Source: Candidatus Latescibacterota bacterium | GTDB lineage: Bacteria; Latescibacterota; UBA2968; UBA8231 | NCBI GenBank assembly: GCA_965223905.1 | Contig: CBDCXV010000001.1 | Span: 1,248,001 to 1,312,000, forward strand | Reading direction: 5' to 3' | DNA: 64,000 nt | Shown: positions 48,047 through 58,163 of the stretch, one piece after another | Position numbering within the stretch: position 1 is the stretch's first letter | Layout: each line of letters starts with the position of its first letter | The notes under the pieces: generated by a model | The model's database searches: none | The model's input: the letters and a program-made list of their open reading frames with translations, nothing else | What the model was told of the DNA's origin: nothing | Translations under genes and position numbers: made by a program

Positions 48047-48893
48047 CTAGTGCCTGAAGCGGCGATCTTGCCGAGCGTCCACATGGCGTTGCCCCCGAAG
48101 CAGAGCATCAGGCTGGAGCGCCGGAAAAAATGCTCCCGCGCCGAAGACCAGGTGAAGCCGCCTAGCGACCGGCGGATGATGTCGCGGGTGTCGTCGGCCG
48201 GCGCGGGATCCTCGTCGACATAACCGAGCTCTACCCCGTCGGGATCGGTGAACTGGCATTCGATGGTGTGGTTCCTGAAGTGGCGGTCGACCAGGTCCCA
48301 CCATTCGTTGCGTCCGCTCCGGGCCAGGGTCACGGCCGACGTCGTCAGCTCCATGTTGGTGCAACAGGGCTCCGTGTCCGGCGTGGCGCCGAAGCGCGCT
48401 GTAAGGCCGGAGGCTGAGCGGAACATGCGCTCGGTTTTTCCGATTCGCTTTCGAGGAACCACCCCATCAGCGTGAACAGCACGCGCCCTTGCTCCCACAG
48501 AACCACGCTCGTGTCTTCGCTCCACCGCGTGGCAAAACCGCGGCGGGCAAACCCGTCGAGATTGAAGAAGGAAGCGAGGGTGAGCTGCCTCTGGCCGATC
48601 TCCACCTCCTGGCCGCTCAGGTTGCCGGTGAGACGCCGAGCCGCGATGCGCCCAAGCAGCGCCTACGAAGCCGCCTCGGTCCAGTCCCACAAGGGAGCGG
48701 GTGAAGCAGGGGGTGGAAGCCCGAGCGAACCGCCGACGTACGCCATGTAATTGAAGTTCGGGTCGGCGATTTCGTTGAAGTGGCCGATGGCGAGATTGGC
48801 GACCTCTACGAGATTGGGCCAGCCCCCGACCTGGCGTTCTTCCCGGAGCCGGCCGGGCATGTGAATGGCGATTCCCGAATCGGCTCGACCCAT
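48047..48893 (-). pseudogene. Fragmented hypothetical gene truncated next to the TA cassette
   Basis: Coding-like pieces in several frames (ADPNFNYMAYVG, EPCCTNMEL...DRHFRNH, CFGGNAMWTLG) coupled to the enolase-family gene. Confidence 0.5.
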
Positions 48894-48895
48894 GG

Positions 48896-50074
48896 TCAAT
48901 CCCAGAACGGCTCGCTTTCCTTGAGCTCGGCGCGCAACACCTCGGGCACCAAGTCGATGCCCAGCCCCGGGCCGTCGGGGACTGCCAGCTTGCCCTCGAC
49001 GAAATCGTACCCGTCGAGCCCTCCCATTTCCGCGATGTACTCCTGACTGTACAGCCGTGTCTCGCTCATGCTGAAGTTTCTCACCATCGCTCCGAAGTGC
49101 ACATTGGCCATGTTGTGGACGAGGCTGCCGCAGTTGTGCAGGGCCACGGGCAGGCCGAAGTGTTCGGCGAGCTCGGCGATCTTGCGGCCGCCGCTGATGC
49201 CGCCGCACCAGCACAGGTCGGGGTGCAGAACGTCGATCCCGCCCTCGACGATGAAGGGGAAGAAATCGCGGAATCCCTCGACTTTCTCGCCGGTGCAGAT
49301 CGGCACGCGGGAAGCGGCCCTCAGCTGTTTGTACCCATCGGTATACCAGACCTGCAGCGGGTCTTCGATCCAGAGCGGCCGCACCTCTTCCACCGCCTGC
49401 GAAATGCCGATCGCCGTCGGAACGTCCCACTCGTTGTGGCAGTGGACGATGAAGTCGAGGTCCCAGCCAAAGGCATCGCGCATGGTCTCGTACCCGTCGC
49501 GAATGCGCTTGAAGTGGCTGCCATTCAGCGTCTGACCCGGTTTGGCCGCCCTGTAAGGCCGCGACAGCTGGTCGCTGTCGAGCAGATGATCGAACCCGAA
49601 CTTCAGGGTGCGGTAGCCGTGAGGGTGGGCGCGGAACTCGCTGACCCAGTCGTCGACCGCCGCCCGGTCGCTCCAGTCGGCAGGCGCTCCCCCGTAGTAG
49701 ATCTCGACGCGGTCGCGGAAGCGGCCGGTCAGCATGCTGCTGACCGGGAGATTGAGGATCTTGCCGGCGAGGTCCCACAGGGCGATGTCGACGCCGCTGA
49801 CTGTCGGCACGTGCGCTTGGTAGGTATGCTGAAGGCCCATCATCTCGTGATAGAGCTTGTCGATGTTGAGCGGGTCGGCGCCGATGAGAACCGGCTCGAG
49901 CCACTCCAGGTTGGCGCGCGCGGCCGGTCCTGCGGCTCCCGCCTCGCCGATGCCGGTCAGACCGGCGTCCGTCTCGACGCGCACCAGGCTCTGCCCCGCG
50001 GCGTTCTTGAGCTCCATCGCCTTGAGGCCGGTGATGCGCACGCGGCCGCGTTCGCTCTCTGTGCGTTCGTCCAT
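48896..50074 (-). CDS. Mandelate racemase/muconate lactonizing enzyme family
   Basis: VETDAGLTGIGE, SGVDIALWDLAGK, WIEDP, TGE, PGLGIDL. Confidence 0.9.
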   Translation of the reverse strand: MDERTESERGRVRITGLKAMELKNAAGQSLVRVETDAGLTGIGEAGAAGPAARANLEWLEPVLIGADPLNIDKLYHEMMGLQHTYQAHVPTVSGVDIALWDLAGKILNLPVSSMLTGRFRDRVEIYYGGAPADWSDRAAVDDWVSEFRAHPHGYRTLKFGFDHLLDSDQLSRPYRAAKPGQTLNGSHFKRIRDGYETMRDAFGWDLDFIVHCHNEWDVPTAIGISQAVEEVRPLWIEDPLQVWYTDGYKQLRAASRVPICTGEKVEGFRDFFPFIVEGGIDVLHPDLCWCGGISGGRKIAELAEHFGLPVALHNCGSLVHNMANVHFGAMVRNFSMSETRLYSQEYIAEMGGLDGYDFVEGKLAVPDGPGLGIDLVPEVLRAELKESEPFWD

Positions 50075-50088
50075 ATCTCGCCCACTCC

Positions 50089-50200
50089 TCAGTTGCGCAT
50101 CCCGGTGAAGGTGATGCCCTGGATGAAGTACCGCTGCGCGGAAAAGAACAGGATGATTACGGGCAGCACCATGATCATGCTCGCCGCCATCAGCAAACCC
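50089..50200 (-). pseudogene. C-terminal relic of a carbohydrate ABC permease (MalG-type)
   Basis: [32 protein letters not shown]. Confidence 0.75.
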
Positions 50201-50462
50201 CGACGCTGAGTGAGAACGTGCGCCGAAGCGGGCGCAGCAGCAGGCCCGGGTCGAACGAGGCGACGGGCGAAGCAAACCGAGTTGATGCAGTCGAACCAGG
50301 CATTGGCACTCTCAGTGTAAAGGGAGCAACCCCCCCAATCAACACAACTGTACCACAACGGAATCGGGAACAAGCGCCCCGATGCGGCCATGAGTCGGGC
50401 CCTGGCGTCGCCTGGGGATTCGGGGGATCTTGAGACAGAGGAAGTCCTCAGGAGGCCAATCG

Positions 50463-51647
50463 ATGAACGAATCCCTCAAGGAGCATCTCGAAGCGCGGAT
50501 CGCCGAGATCAGGGACGCCGACCTGTTCAAGGAGGAGCGCACCATCACCACCCCGCAGGGTTCCCGCGTCGGCATCGCCGGCGGCGGCGAGGTGCTCAAC
50601 ATGTGCGCCAACAACTACCTCGGCCTCGCCGACAACCCGGAGATCATCGAGGCGGCGCGCCGCAGCTACGACGAGTGGGGGTTCGGGCTGTCGTCGGTGC
50701 GCTTCATCTGCGGGACGCAACAGGTCCACAAGGCCCTCGAAGCGCGGATCTCCGAGTTCCTCGGGACCGAGGACACGATCCTGTATTCCTCCTGCTTCGA
50801 CGCCAACGGCGGGCTGTTCGAAACCCTGCTGGCCGAGGAGGACGCGGTGATCAGCGACGAGCTCAACCACGCCAGCATCATCGACGGCATCCGCCTGTGC
50901 AAGGCGCGGCGCCTGCGCTACGGGAACAGCGACATGGGGGAGCTGGAGAGCTGCCTGCGCGAGGCGGCCCCGGCGCGCTTCCGGCTGATCGCCACGGACG
51001 GGGTCTTCTCGATGGACGGGTACTACGCCAAGCTCCCCGAGATCTGCGACCTCGCCGACGAGCACGACGCCCTGGTGATGATCGACGACTCGCACGCCGT
51101 CGGGTTCGTCGGCGAGAACGGCCGCGGCACCCACGAGCACTGCGGAGTGGAAGGCCGCGTCGACGTCATCACCGGCACCCTCGGCAAGGCCCTCGGCGGG
51201 GCCAGCGGCGGCTACACCAGCGGCCGCAGGGAGATCGTGGCGCTGCTGCGCCAGCGCTCGCGGCCCTACCTGTTCTCGAACACCCTGGCGCCGAGCATCG
51301 TCGCGGCCTCGCTGAAGGCGCTGGAGATCATCGACCGTTCACCGGAGCTGCGGCAGCAGCTGCGGGCGAACACGCGGCATTTCCGTGAAGGACTGGAAAG
51401 CCTCGGTTTCGAGCTCCGCCCCGGCACCCACGCCATCGTTCCGATCATGCTCGGCGACGCCGGCCTGGCGCAGGAGATGGCGGCGCTGATGCTCGCCAAG
51501 GGGGTGTACGTGATCGGCTTCTTCTACCCGGTCGTCCCCCACGGGGCGGCGCGCATCCGCACGCAGATGTCGGCCTCCCACACCCGCGACGACCTCGATT
51601 TCGCCCTCGAGAAATTCGCCGAGGCCAAGCAAGAGCTGGGGGTGTGA
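50463..51647 (+). CDS. kbl: Glycine C-acetyltransferase (2-amino-3-ketobutyrate CoA ligase)
   Basis: [60 protein letters not shown]. Confidence 0.95.
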   Translation: MNESLKEHLEARIAEIRDADLFKEERTITTPQGSRVGIAGGGEVLNMCANNYLGLADNPEIIEAARRSYDEWGFGLSSVRFICGTQQVHKALEARISEFLGTEDTILYSSCFDANGGLFETLLAEEDAVISDELNHASIIDGIRLCKARRLRYGNSDMGELESCLREAAPARFRLIATDGVFSMDGYYAKLPEICDLADEHDALVMIDDSHAVGFVGENGRGTHEHCGVEGRVDVITGTLGKALGGASGGYTSGRREIVALLRQRSRPYLFSNTLAPSIVAASLKALEIIDRSPELRQQLRANTRHFREGLESLGFELRPGTHAIVPIMLGDAGLAQEMAALMLAKGVYVIGFFYPVVPHGAARIRTQMSASHTRDDLDFALEKFAEAKQELGV

Positions 51648-51949
51648 CCGCGGCGCGGGTTTCGGGGAGCCCCGGTTGACTGCGGATGCTTCCACCTCGA
51701 GGCCGGGGACAGTCACAGGATGAAATGGTTTCCAATTGCCGCGGCCGGTCTGGGCGCAGCTTGCGGCAGCGAAACGCTGACATCCCCAGAGGAAGAGTTC
51801 CTGGGGTCGTGGATGGCCGAGTCGTTCGACTTACACCGAGCCTTGCCCTGCAGCAGGCGCGGCCCTGTCATTGCGTGCGCCGCCCTGTTGCGGCTTGACC
51901 TGCAAAAACGGCACAGGGCTGCCCGGCAGACGGCGAACCCTACTCGCAC

Positions 51950-53359
51950 TCAGCCCGTGGCTTCCTCGAGCAGGCGAACCACTTCCCGCTTGTCTTCGGC
52001 ATCGTCGTCTGCCCACCGCGCCCAGTCGAGGGGCGTCGACCCCCACTGATCCGGCCTGTTCGGGTCCGCCCCTCTGCCGAGCAGAAGCCGGACCGCCTCG
52101 AGTCGAGTGTTGCCCGCGGCGTGATGCAGGGGAGTCGCTCCTGTGTCGCCACGCCACCAGAATCGCACGGACAGGGAGTGTACGTCGACATCCCGGTCCA
52201 GCAGGAACTCGAGCGCGTCAGCGTGCCCGCTTCTGGCAGCGAGAGTAACGGCCTCTATCAGAACGTCCTCGTCCTCGACCGGAATGTGGACCGTGGCTGG
52301 AAGGTGTGGGATGAAACCACTGTGGGCATCGGGAGTGAGACTGCCGTCCTCTCCGAAGAACCTGGGCATGACGTCCGTCCGGCCCAGGCCGGCCGCGGTG
52401 CGCAAATCGAATGTGGCCCCGTGGGAGAGCAACAGCTCCGCCAGCTCGTACTCCTGATGCCGCACAGCCGCCCACAGGAGATACCCCCTGCGCTCGTCGG
52501 GATCGGCTCCCGCATCGAGCAGCAGGCGCAACAGTTCCTCCCTGATGCCCAGCCACCCGGTCTGGCGGCTGTCATGGACGAGCGAAAGCGCAGCGATGGA
52601 GTCGACGGTGACGGCGTTCGCATCGGCTCCCGCATCGAGCAGCAGCTGCGCCATGCGCACCACGTCGCCCTTCAACTCGCCTCGATGCAGAGGCTCCCCG
52701 GCCAGCAGGTGAAGCAGCGATGCGCCGCGGAAACCGGCGTACTTGTAGTGGGGATCCAGGTACCCCCGTGCGCGGGCGAGGCCGGGATGTTGTGCGAGCA
52801 GGTCGGAAAGGGCAGTCGTGTCGCCGCAATCGACGGCCTGTACTGCCTCGTAAAAAAGCGGGTGCTCGCCATCCGTGCGACGGGTCGGCTGCGTCGGCAA
52901 CTGCTCACCTTTGCGCGGGATGGCGTAGGCGGCGAATTCCGCGGGGGTGTCTTCGTCGCCCAGGGGCACGACGATATACTGCCGACCTCCGATGGCGTAC
53001 GACATGGGCGGACCACTGCCGTTGGCGGGAAGCTCCAGACGATGGATCAGCCAGCCGCCCATCGTCGAGATCAAAGGCCCACAGTAGGGCTCGGGGTCGA
53101 TGTAATGGTGGCCGTGGTACCGCCACCGGCGCGGATCGAACGGCTGGTCGGTTATGGCGAAAAGCAGTGTTCTGGTGGCCATCGGCATGATGCGAGTCGC
53201 CGACCCGAGCGCAGGCAGGTCGAGTTCGCGGAGCTCGGGATGGTCGGCCGGCCCTTTGCCGATGGGCCTCATCCAGCGGTGATCTCCGGTGTTGAGGTCG
53301 ATGGCGACGATGCGGCCGTACGGAGGTTTGGTCAGCGGCAATCCCCGCGGCCCGCGCAC
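51950..53359 (-). CDS. PQQ-dehydrogenase C-terminal fragment fused to ankyrin repeats (5'-truncated, likely pseudogene)
   Basis: KPPYGRIVAIDLNTG...PMSYAIGGRQYIVV, then LLDAGADAN, TPLHHAAG, GADPN...TPLDWA; local frameshift near 53050-53090. Confidence 0.7.
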   Translation of the reverse strand: MRGPRGLPLTKPPYGRIVAIDLNTGDHRWMRPIGKGPADHPELRELDLPALGSATRIMPMATRTLLFAITDQPFDPRRWRYHGHHYIDPEPYCGPLISTMGGWLIHRLELPANGSGPPMSYAIGGRQYIVVPLGDEDTPAEFAAYAIPRKGEQLPTQPTRRTDGEHPLFYEAVQAVDCGDTTALSDLLAQHPGLARARGYLDPHYKYAGFRGASLLHLLAGEPLHRGELKGDVVRMAQLLLDAGADANAVTVDSIAALSLVHDSRQTGWLGIREELLRLLLDAGADPDERRGYLLWAAVRHQEYELAELLLSHGATFDLRTAAGLGRTDVMPRFFGEDGSLTPDAHSGFIPHLPATVHIPVEDEDVLIEAVTLAARSGHADALEFLLDRDVDVHSLSVRFWWRGDTGATPLHHAAGNTRLEAVRLLLGRGADPNRPDQWGSTPLDWARWADDDAEDKREVVRLLEEATG

Positions 53360-53945
53360 CTCCCCGGTATCGCCGGTGAACCCATGCGGATGCTCGTCGT
53401 TCTCTTCTATTTCCGCGAGTATGGGTTTGGTCTGGGAAGAGACGTAAATCCACCCCTAGGGGGAACGGATGGGGGGTGCAGCCTGGCGCAGAGCCGACAC
53501 TCAGGTCGGCTGCGAAGTGCAGGCGTGCGTTGCGAGCAAAGACAGAGGCCATCGGCGTTGTTCCTCACTGGCTCCGGAATGGAGCCCGGTTCTGTTGCAT
53601 CGGGATCTTGCGACTAAAAGCAGCAGGCGGGTGTGCAACAGTGGCAAGGAGAACGCGGGCTCGCGCTGTCGCCCGGGTCGAACCAGGAAGGGTGAAGTGC
53701 TGACCGCTCCCTGCGGCGGCGGTCGCCACAAGTGCTCCGGGCGCCCATCGAGGAACGTCGCAAACCAGACTGCGGGTGAGCCACCCGACCACGAGGAATG
53801 CGCCGCGTTCCGGACGGGAGCCCGGTGGACGAGCTGACGCCGTTGCGATCGGGGTCTCTCCAGCTCGGTCAGTTGGCGTGCGCCTCGCTGGGTCCGCCCA
53901 GGCTGTGCGGGCGGCCGGGAGCGGTGAAGCCGGGAGTTTTCGGGG

Positions 53946-55427
53946 TTACGCGATCTCTTCGAACGGGTACATCGGCCGGCGCCGGTATCGATACTCGAAG
54001 GTGCGCATGTCGGCCGCGGTGGCTCCGACCGTATCGACGCGGATCAGCTCGCTGCAGACCGGCCCGAACGCGGCTACCGGCGCGTGCACCCCCTTGGCGA
54101 CGATGATCTGAAAGTCCGCGGGGTCGAGCCCGATGCTGGTGACCATTCCGAGGCTGACCGGCACCGTGCGCAGGCTGGTCAGGCTGATGGTCAGGCCGGT
54201 GCCGGTGGTCACCACCGCGGTCGGCCCCATGTCGAAGCGGGTGTAGCCGCCGTGGCGGATCTCGCTCTCCTCGAACTTCCCCTCGTGCAGGCTTTTCACG
54301 GTGACCTCCGCGGTCAGCGGATCGCCGTGGCGGCCGTCGACCGTGCCCCCCATCGACAGCGTCAGGTGCGCCCCGGGGCCGGCTGCGCGCGCCCGTTCCT
54401 GGGATTCCGGGTCGTAGAGGCAGACGAACGCGGCCAGGTCCCCGCGCGAGTGGATCTCGTGCGCTATCTGCGTGCCGTCCGCCGCCGAGCCCCCGCCGAC
54501 GTTGTCCCCCATGTCGAGCAGGCAGACCGGAGGTTGGTTGGCGGCGGCCATACCGACCGCTTCCTCTACCGACAGGTACTCCCCGACGAACTCTGAGCGG
54601 TGCTCGACCATGTAGCCGGCGAGCTCGTCGGCCAGCTTTTGCGCCCCCTCCGGGTCGCCGTCGGTCGCGACGATGGCGGACGATCCCATCTCCTCGACGT
54701 CGGAGTAGGGGAATCCGAGCACGATCGAGTTGGAGAGCACCGGCTCCTTCCCGAGCTGTCCGTTGGCCAGCTCGTAGAGCGGCAGGCAGGGAGGCGAGGT
54801 GGTGTGCTGGCGCTCGATGTTGATGCCGAAGGGCGGGAAGGCGGCCCGCTGCACCGGCCGGATCTCACCGGCGAGGGTGCGCGCCATCAGGGAGGCCGCC
54901 TCGAGGCCGCGCTCCTTCTGGTCGAGGTGCGGGTTCGAGCGGTAGGCGATGGTCGCGTCGCACGCCTCGATCATGCGGGGAGACAGGTTGGCGTGCGGGT
55001 CGATGACGCAGACGATGGGGCATTCGGCGCCGGCGCCGGCGCGCAGGCGGGTGAGCCAGTGGCCGTCGAGATCGCGGTACTCCTCCCCTTCGCCGGCGTT
55101 GGCGCCGTGCGGCGACACGAGAAAGCCGTCGAGGGGACCGGCCTCGTCCAAGGCGGAGAACATCAGGCGCATCAGCTCGTCGCAGGTCTCCCTGGTGATC
55201 GTGCCGGATGGGGTGGTCGAGGCGTGGAAGATCGGCACCGCCTCGATGCCGGCGCGGGCCAGGCCCTCGAAGAAGCCGCTCCCCTGGTGCAGGACCCCTT
55301 CGAACTCCTGCCGCACCTCCTCTCCGAGGAGCAGGCTGTCGCGCCGGAAGGAGGCGATCGTCGTCGGGGTGTCGGCGAAGGTGTTGGATTCGTGGATCAG
55401 GGAGATGATGCCTACGCGGCGGGTCAT
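53946..55427 (-). CDS. M81 family (MlrC-like) metallopeptidase
   Basis: HESNTF, HGA, DPHANL, YRSNPHLD, DNVGGG, YRRRPMYP. Confidence 0.9.
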   Translation of the reverse strand: MTRRVGIISLIHESNTFADTPTTIASFRRDSLLLGEEVRQEFEGVLHQGSGFFEGLARAGIEAVPIFHASTTPSGTITRETCDELMRLMFSALDEAGPLDGFLVSPHGANAGEGEEYRDLDGHWLTRLRAGAGAECPIVCVIDPHANLSPRMIEACDATIAYRSNPHLDQKERGLEAASLMARTLAGEIRPVQRAAFPPFGINIERQHTTSPPCLPLYELANGQLGKEPVLSNSIVLGFPYSDVEEMGSSAIVATDGDPEGAQKLADELAGYMVEHRSEFVGEYLSVEEAVGMAAANQPPVCLLDMGDNVGGGSAADGTQIAHEIHSRGDLAAFVCLYDPESQERARAAGPGAHLTLSMGGTVDGRHGDPLTAEVTVKSLHEGKFEESEIRHGGYTRFDMGPTAVVTTGTGLTISLTSLRTVPVSLGMVTSIGLDPADFQIIVAKGVHAPVAAFGPVCSELIRVDTVGATAADMRTFEYRYRRRPMYPFEEIA

Positions 55428-55609
55428 GGTCGTTTCATCCGGGTGGGGTCGCCGTCCCGGGAGCCGGCGATCCGGTTTGGGGGAAAGGAATTGGCATGGT
55501 TCCCGTGTACCTTTTCCTTACTTGAAATCGGGCGGCCGGCCGCGGCCGGCCCGCAAAACCTGGCCCAGTCCGCAGGCCGAATCAAACCGCGACGGGATGA
55601 GGCAACCGC

Positions 55610-56206
55610 ATGCAGAGACGGAAGATCAGGAACGGACGCACCGATGCAGGCCGGTATTTCCGGGACCGGAAGGAAGCGCAGCGCCGGGGCGAACACCGCG
55701 CCGGCCGCGAAGAGATCGAGGAGCTGCTGGCGCTGTCCCGCAGCGGCGACCCCGAGGAGCGGTTCGTCGCCGCGGACAACCTCTGTCCCTGCCACGTGCG
55801 CACCCGCATCGAGGAGGTCCAGGAGGCCCTCTACCGCCTGATGGAGGACCCGGACGCCAAGGTCCGCAGGGCGGCGTGGCATACCCTCCTGGACGGCGGC
55901 TACCCGAAGGATGATGCGCGCATGGAGGCCATCCTCAGGCGCGCGATCGCCGGCGAGACGGACAAGGTCGTGCGCAATCACGTCGAGGTGTTCGCACGCC
56001 CCCTGCGCGAGCGCGAGCGGTTTCTCGAAAAGGTGCAGGACCGGGCCATGACCGGGCGGCGCTACGGCGAGCGCGGCAAGTGCGACTTCTGCGGCGAATC
56101 GGACCGGCCGGTGCGCAGGGATTTCGACAATCCGCTCGCTTTCGGCGGAGAGGCGCGGCCCGCTCTTCTGTGCGAGGCGTGCGACCGGCCGCAGCAGGAC
56201 CGATGA
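55610..56206 (+). CDS. HEAT-repeat protein with C-terminal Zn-finger
   Basis: LCPCHVR, MEDPDAKVRRAAWHTL, CDFC...CEAC. Confidence 0.65.
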   Translation: MQRRKIRNGRTDAGRYFRDRKEAQRRGEHRAGREEIEELLALSRSGDPEERFVAADNLCPCHVRTRIEEVQEALYRLMEDPDAKVRRAAWHTLLDGGYPKDDARMEAILRRAIAGETDKVVRNHVEVFARPLRERERFLEKVQDRAMTGRRYGERGKCDFCGESDRPVRRDFDNPLAFGGEARPALLCEACDRPQQDR

Positions 56207-57006
56207 CCGGAAAGGCGCGGGTCGGGATCGTCGGCTGCGGCTACATCGGCGGCGCCGTGTACCGCCACCTCGCCGGCAATCCCGGGCTCGGCCTGGAGGT
56301 GGCGTTCGTCAACGACATCGACCCCTCCAGGCTGGAGGGGATCCCGCCGCACCTGAAGCTTGCCGATCTCGCCGACTTCGGCCGCTCCAGTGCGGACCTC
56401 GTGATCGAGCTGGCGCACCCGTCGGTGTCGCGCGAGCACGGCGCCGCCTTTCTCGAGGTCGCCGACTACATGCCGCTGTCGCTGACGGCCCTGGCCGACC
56501 CCCGTCTCGAGGAGAAGCTGGTCTCCACGGCCGTAAAGAACGGGACCTCCCTCTACATCCCGCACGGCACCGCCATCGGCCTCGAGGCGCTGGAGGAGGG
56601 GCGGGATTCCTGGGAGGAGGTGACGTTCACGATGAAGAAGCCGGCCGGCAGCGTCGACCGCGGCGCCCTGCCGGAGGCCGCCCGGCAGGAGGAGGAGGAG
56701 GAGGGCGCCACCGTGCTATACGACGGCCCCACCCGCGGCATCTGCCCGCTGTTCCCCCGCAACGTCAACTCGCACGCCGCCGTGGCCCTTGCCGGCATCG
56801 GCTTCGACCGCACCCGCTCGCTCTTTATCGCCGACCCGGGCCTCGACAGATCCTCCATCCACCTGCAGGCGCGCGGCCAGGGGGTCGAGATGAGCCTGAC
56901 GCGCTCCAGCCCGATGACGGGGGTCAGCTCGCAGGTGGTGCTGAATTCCATCCGCAGCAGTATCGTCAAGGTCAAAGGAGCCGGCGGCAGCCTGCGAATC
57001 TGCTGA
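56203..57006 (+). CDS. L-aspartate dehydrogenase-like (NadX/DUF108) protein
   Basis: GIVGCGYIG, DLVIELA, LYDGPTRGICPLFPRNVNSHAAVALAG. Confidence 0.8.
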   Translation: MTGKARVGIVGCGYIGGAVYRHLAGNPGLGLEVAFVNDIDPSRLEGIPPHLKLADLADFGRSSADLVIELAHPSVSREHGAAFLEVADYMPLSLTALADPRLEEKLVSTAVKNGTSLYIPHGTAIGLEALEEGRDSWEEVTFTMKKPAGSVDRGALPEAARQEEEEEGATVLYDGPTRGICPLFPRNVNSHAAVALAGIGFDRTRSLFIADPGLDRSSIHLQARGQGVEMSLTRSSPMTGVSSQVVLNSIRSSIVKVKGAGGSLRIC

Positions 57007-57097
57007 TCGCGATGCCGGTGCCTGCCCGCCCATCCCGAGAGTCCGGTGCCCGTCCGGAGGTGCCGGCCGCCCCTGCGATTCGAAGGAATTGAAGCCC

Positions 57098-58081
57098 ATG
57101 AAAGCACTCGTTCTGCGCCGGGAAAACGGCGAGATCTTGTCGTCGGTCGAAGAAGTCGAAGAAAGCCGGCTGCCCGAAGGGGAGGTGGAGGTAGCGGTCG
57201 AATACTCCTCCCTCAACTACAAGGACGGCCTCGTCCTCAACGGCCTCGGCGGCCTCGTGAAGGAATACCCGCACGTGCCCGGCATCGATCTGGCCGGAAC
57301 GGTGGCGGCCAGCACCGACCCCGGCTTCGAGCCGGGAGACGCCGTGGTCTCGACAGGGTATCGCGTCGGCGAGCTGTATTGGGGCGGGTACGCGCAACGG
57401 GCGCGGCTCCGGGCCGCATGGCCGGTGAAGCTGCCGCAGGGGCTGTCTGCCCGCACGGCGATGGGCCTCGGGTCCGCGGGCCTCACCGCGGCGATCGCCC
57501 TCGAAGCGTTGGAAGCCCACGGCTTGGAGCCGGGGCAGGGAGAGGTGCTGGTAACCGGAGCCGCCGGGGGGGTCGGTTCCTTCTCGGTGCTGCTGCTGTC
57601 CGCCCTCGGGTACGAGGTGGTCGCCTCGACCGGGCGCGCGGAGCTCGGGGAGTATCTCGAAAGTCTCGGAGCGGCAATGGTCATTCCGCGGTCGGATCTC
57701 TCCGAGGCGACCGGCATGCCGCTCGAGAGCGCCCGCTGGGCCGGCTGCATCGACTCCGTGGGGGGCTCCACCCTGGCCCGGGTGCTGGCGCAGATGGACC
57801 ACGACGCCTCGGTAGCCGCGGTCGGCCTGGCCGGCGGCAGCAAGCTCGAAACCACGGTGATCCCCTTCCTGCTGCGCGGGGTCAACCTCCTCGGCATCGA
57901 CTCGGTGACCTATCCGGGGGAACGCCGCTTCCCGGCGTGGCAGCGGCTGGCCGAGGTGCTGCCGCTGGAGGGCATCGACTCGATCTGCACCGTGGCGGGC
58001 CTCGACGAGCTGCCGCGGCTGGGCCGGGAGATCCTCGACGGCAAGGTCCGGGGCCGGGTCATCGTCGACGTCAACGCCTGA
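57098..58081 (+). CDS. acuI: AcuI/YhdH family MDR oxidoreductase (acryloyl-CoA reductase-like)
   Basis: YSSLNYKD, VPGIDLAG, VTGAAGGVGS, PFLLRGVNLLGIDS. Confidence 0.85.
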   Translation: MKALVLRRENGEILSSVEEVEESRLPEGEVEVAVEYSSLNYKDGLVLNGLGGLVKEYPHVPGIDLAGTVAASTDPGFEPGDAVVSTGYRVGELYWGGYAQRARLRAAWPVKLPQGLSARTAMGLGSAGLTAAIALEALEAHGLEPGQGEVLVTGAAGGVGSFSVLLLSALGYEVVASTGRAELGEYLESLGAAMVIPRSDLSEATGMPLESARWAGCIDSVGGSTLARVLAQMDHDASVAAVGLAGGSKLETTVIPFLLRGVNLLGIDSVTYPGERRFPAWQRLAEVLPLEGIDSICTVAGLDELPRLGREILDGKVRGRVIVDVNA

Positions 58082-58163
58082 AGGTTCGCCCCCGGCAGGA
58101 CAACGGCCGGATGAACCGCTCCGGCGGAAAGAACCGATTGAAATCCTGAAGAAGAGAATCGCC

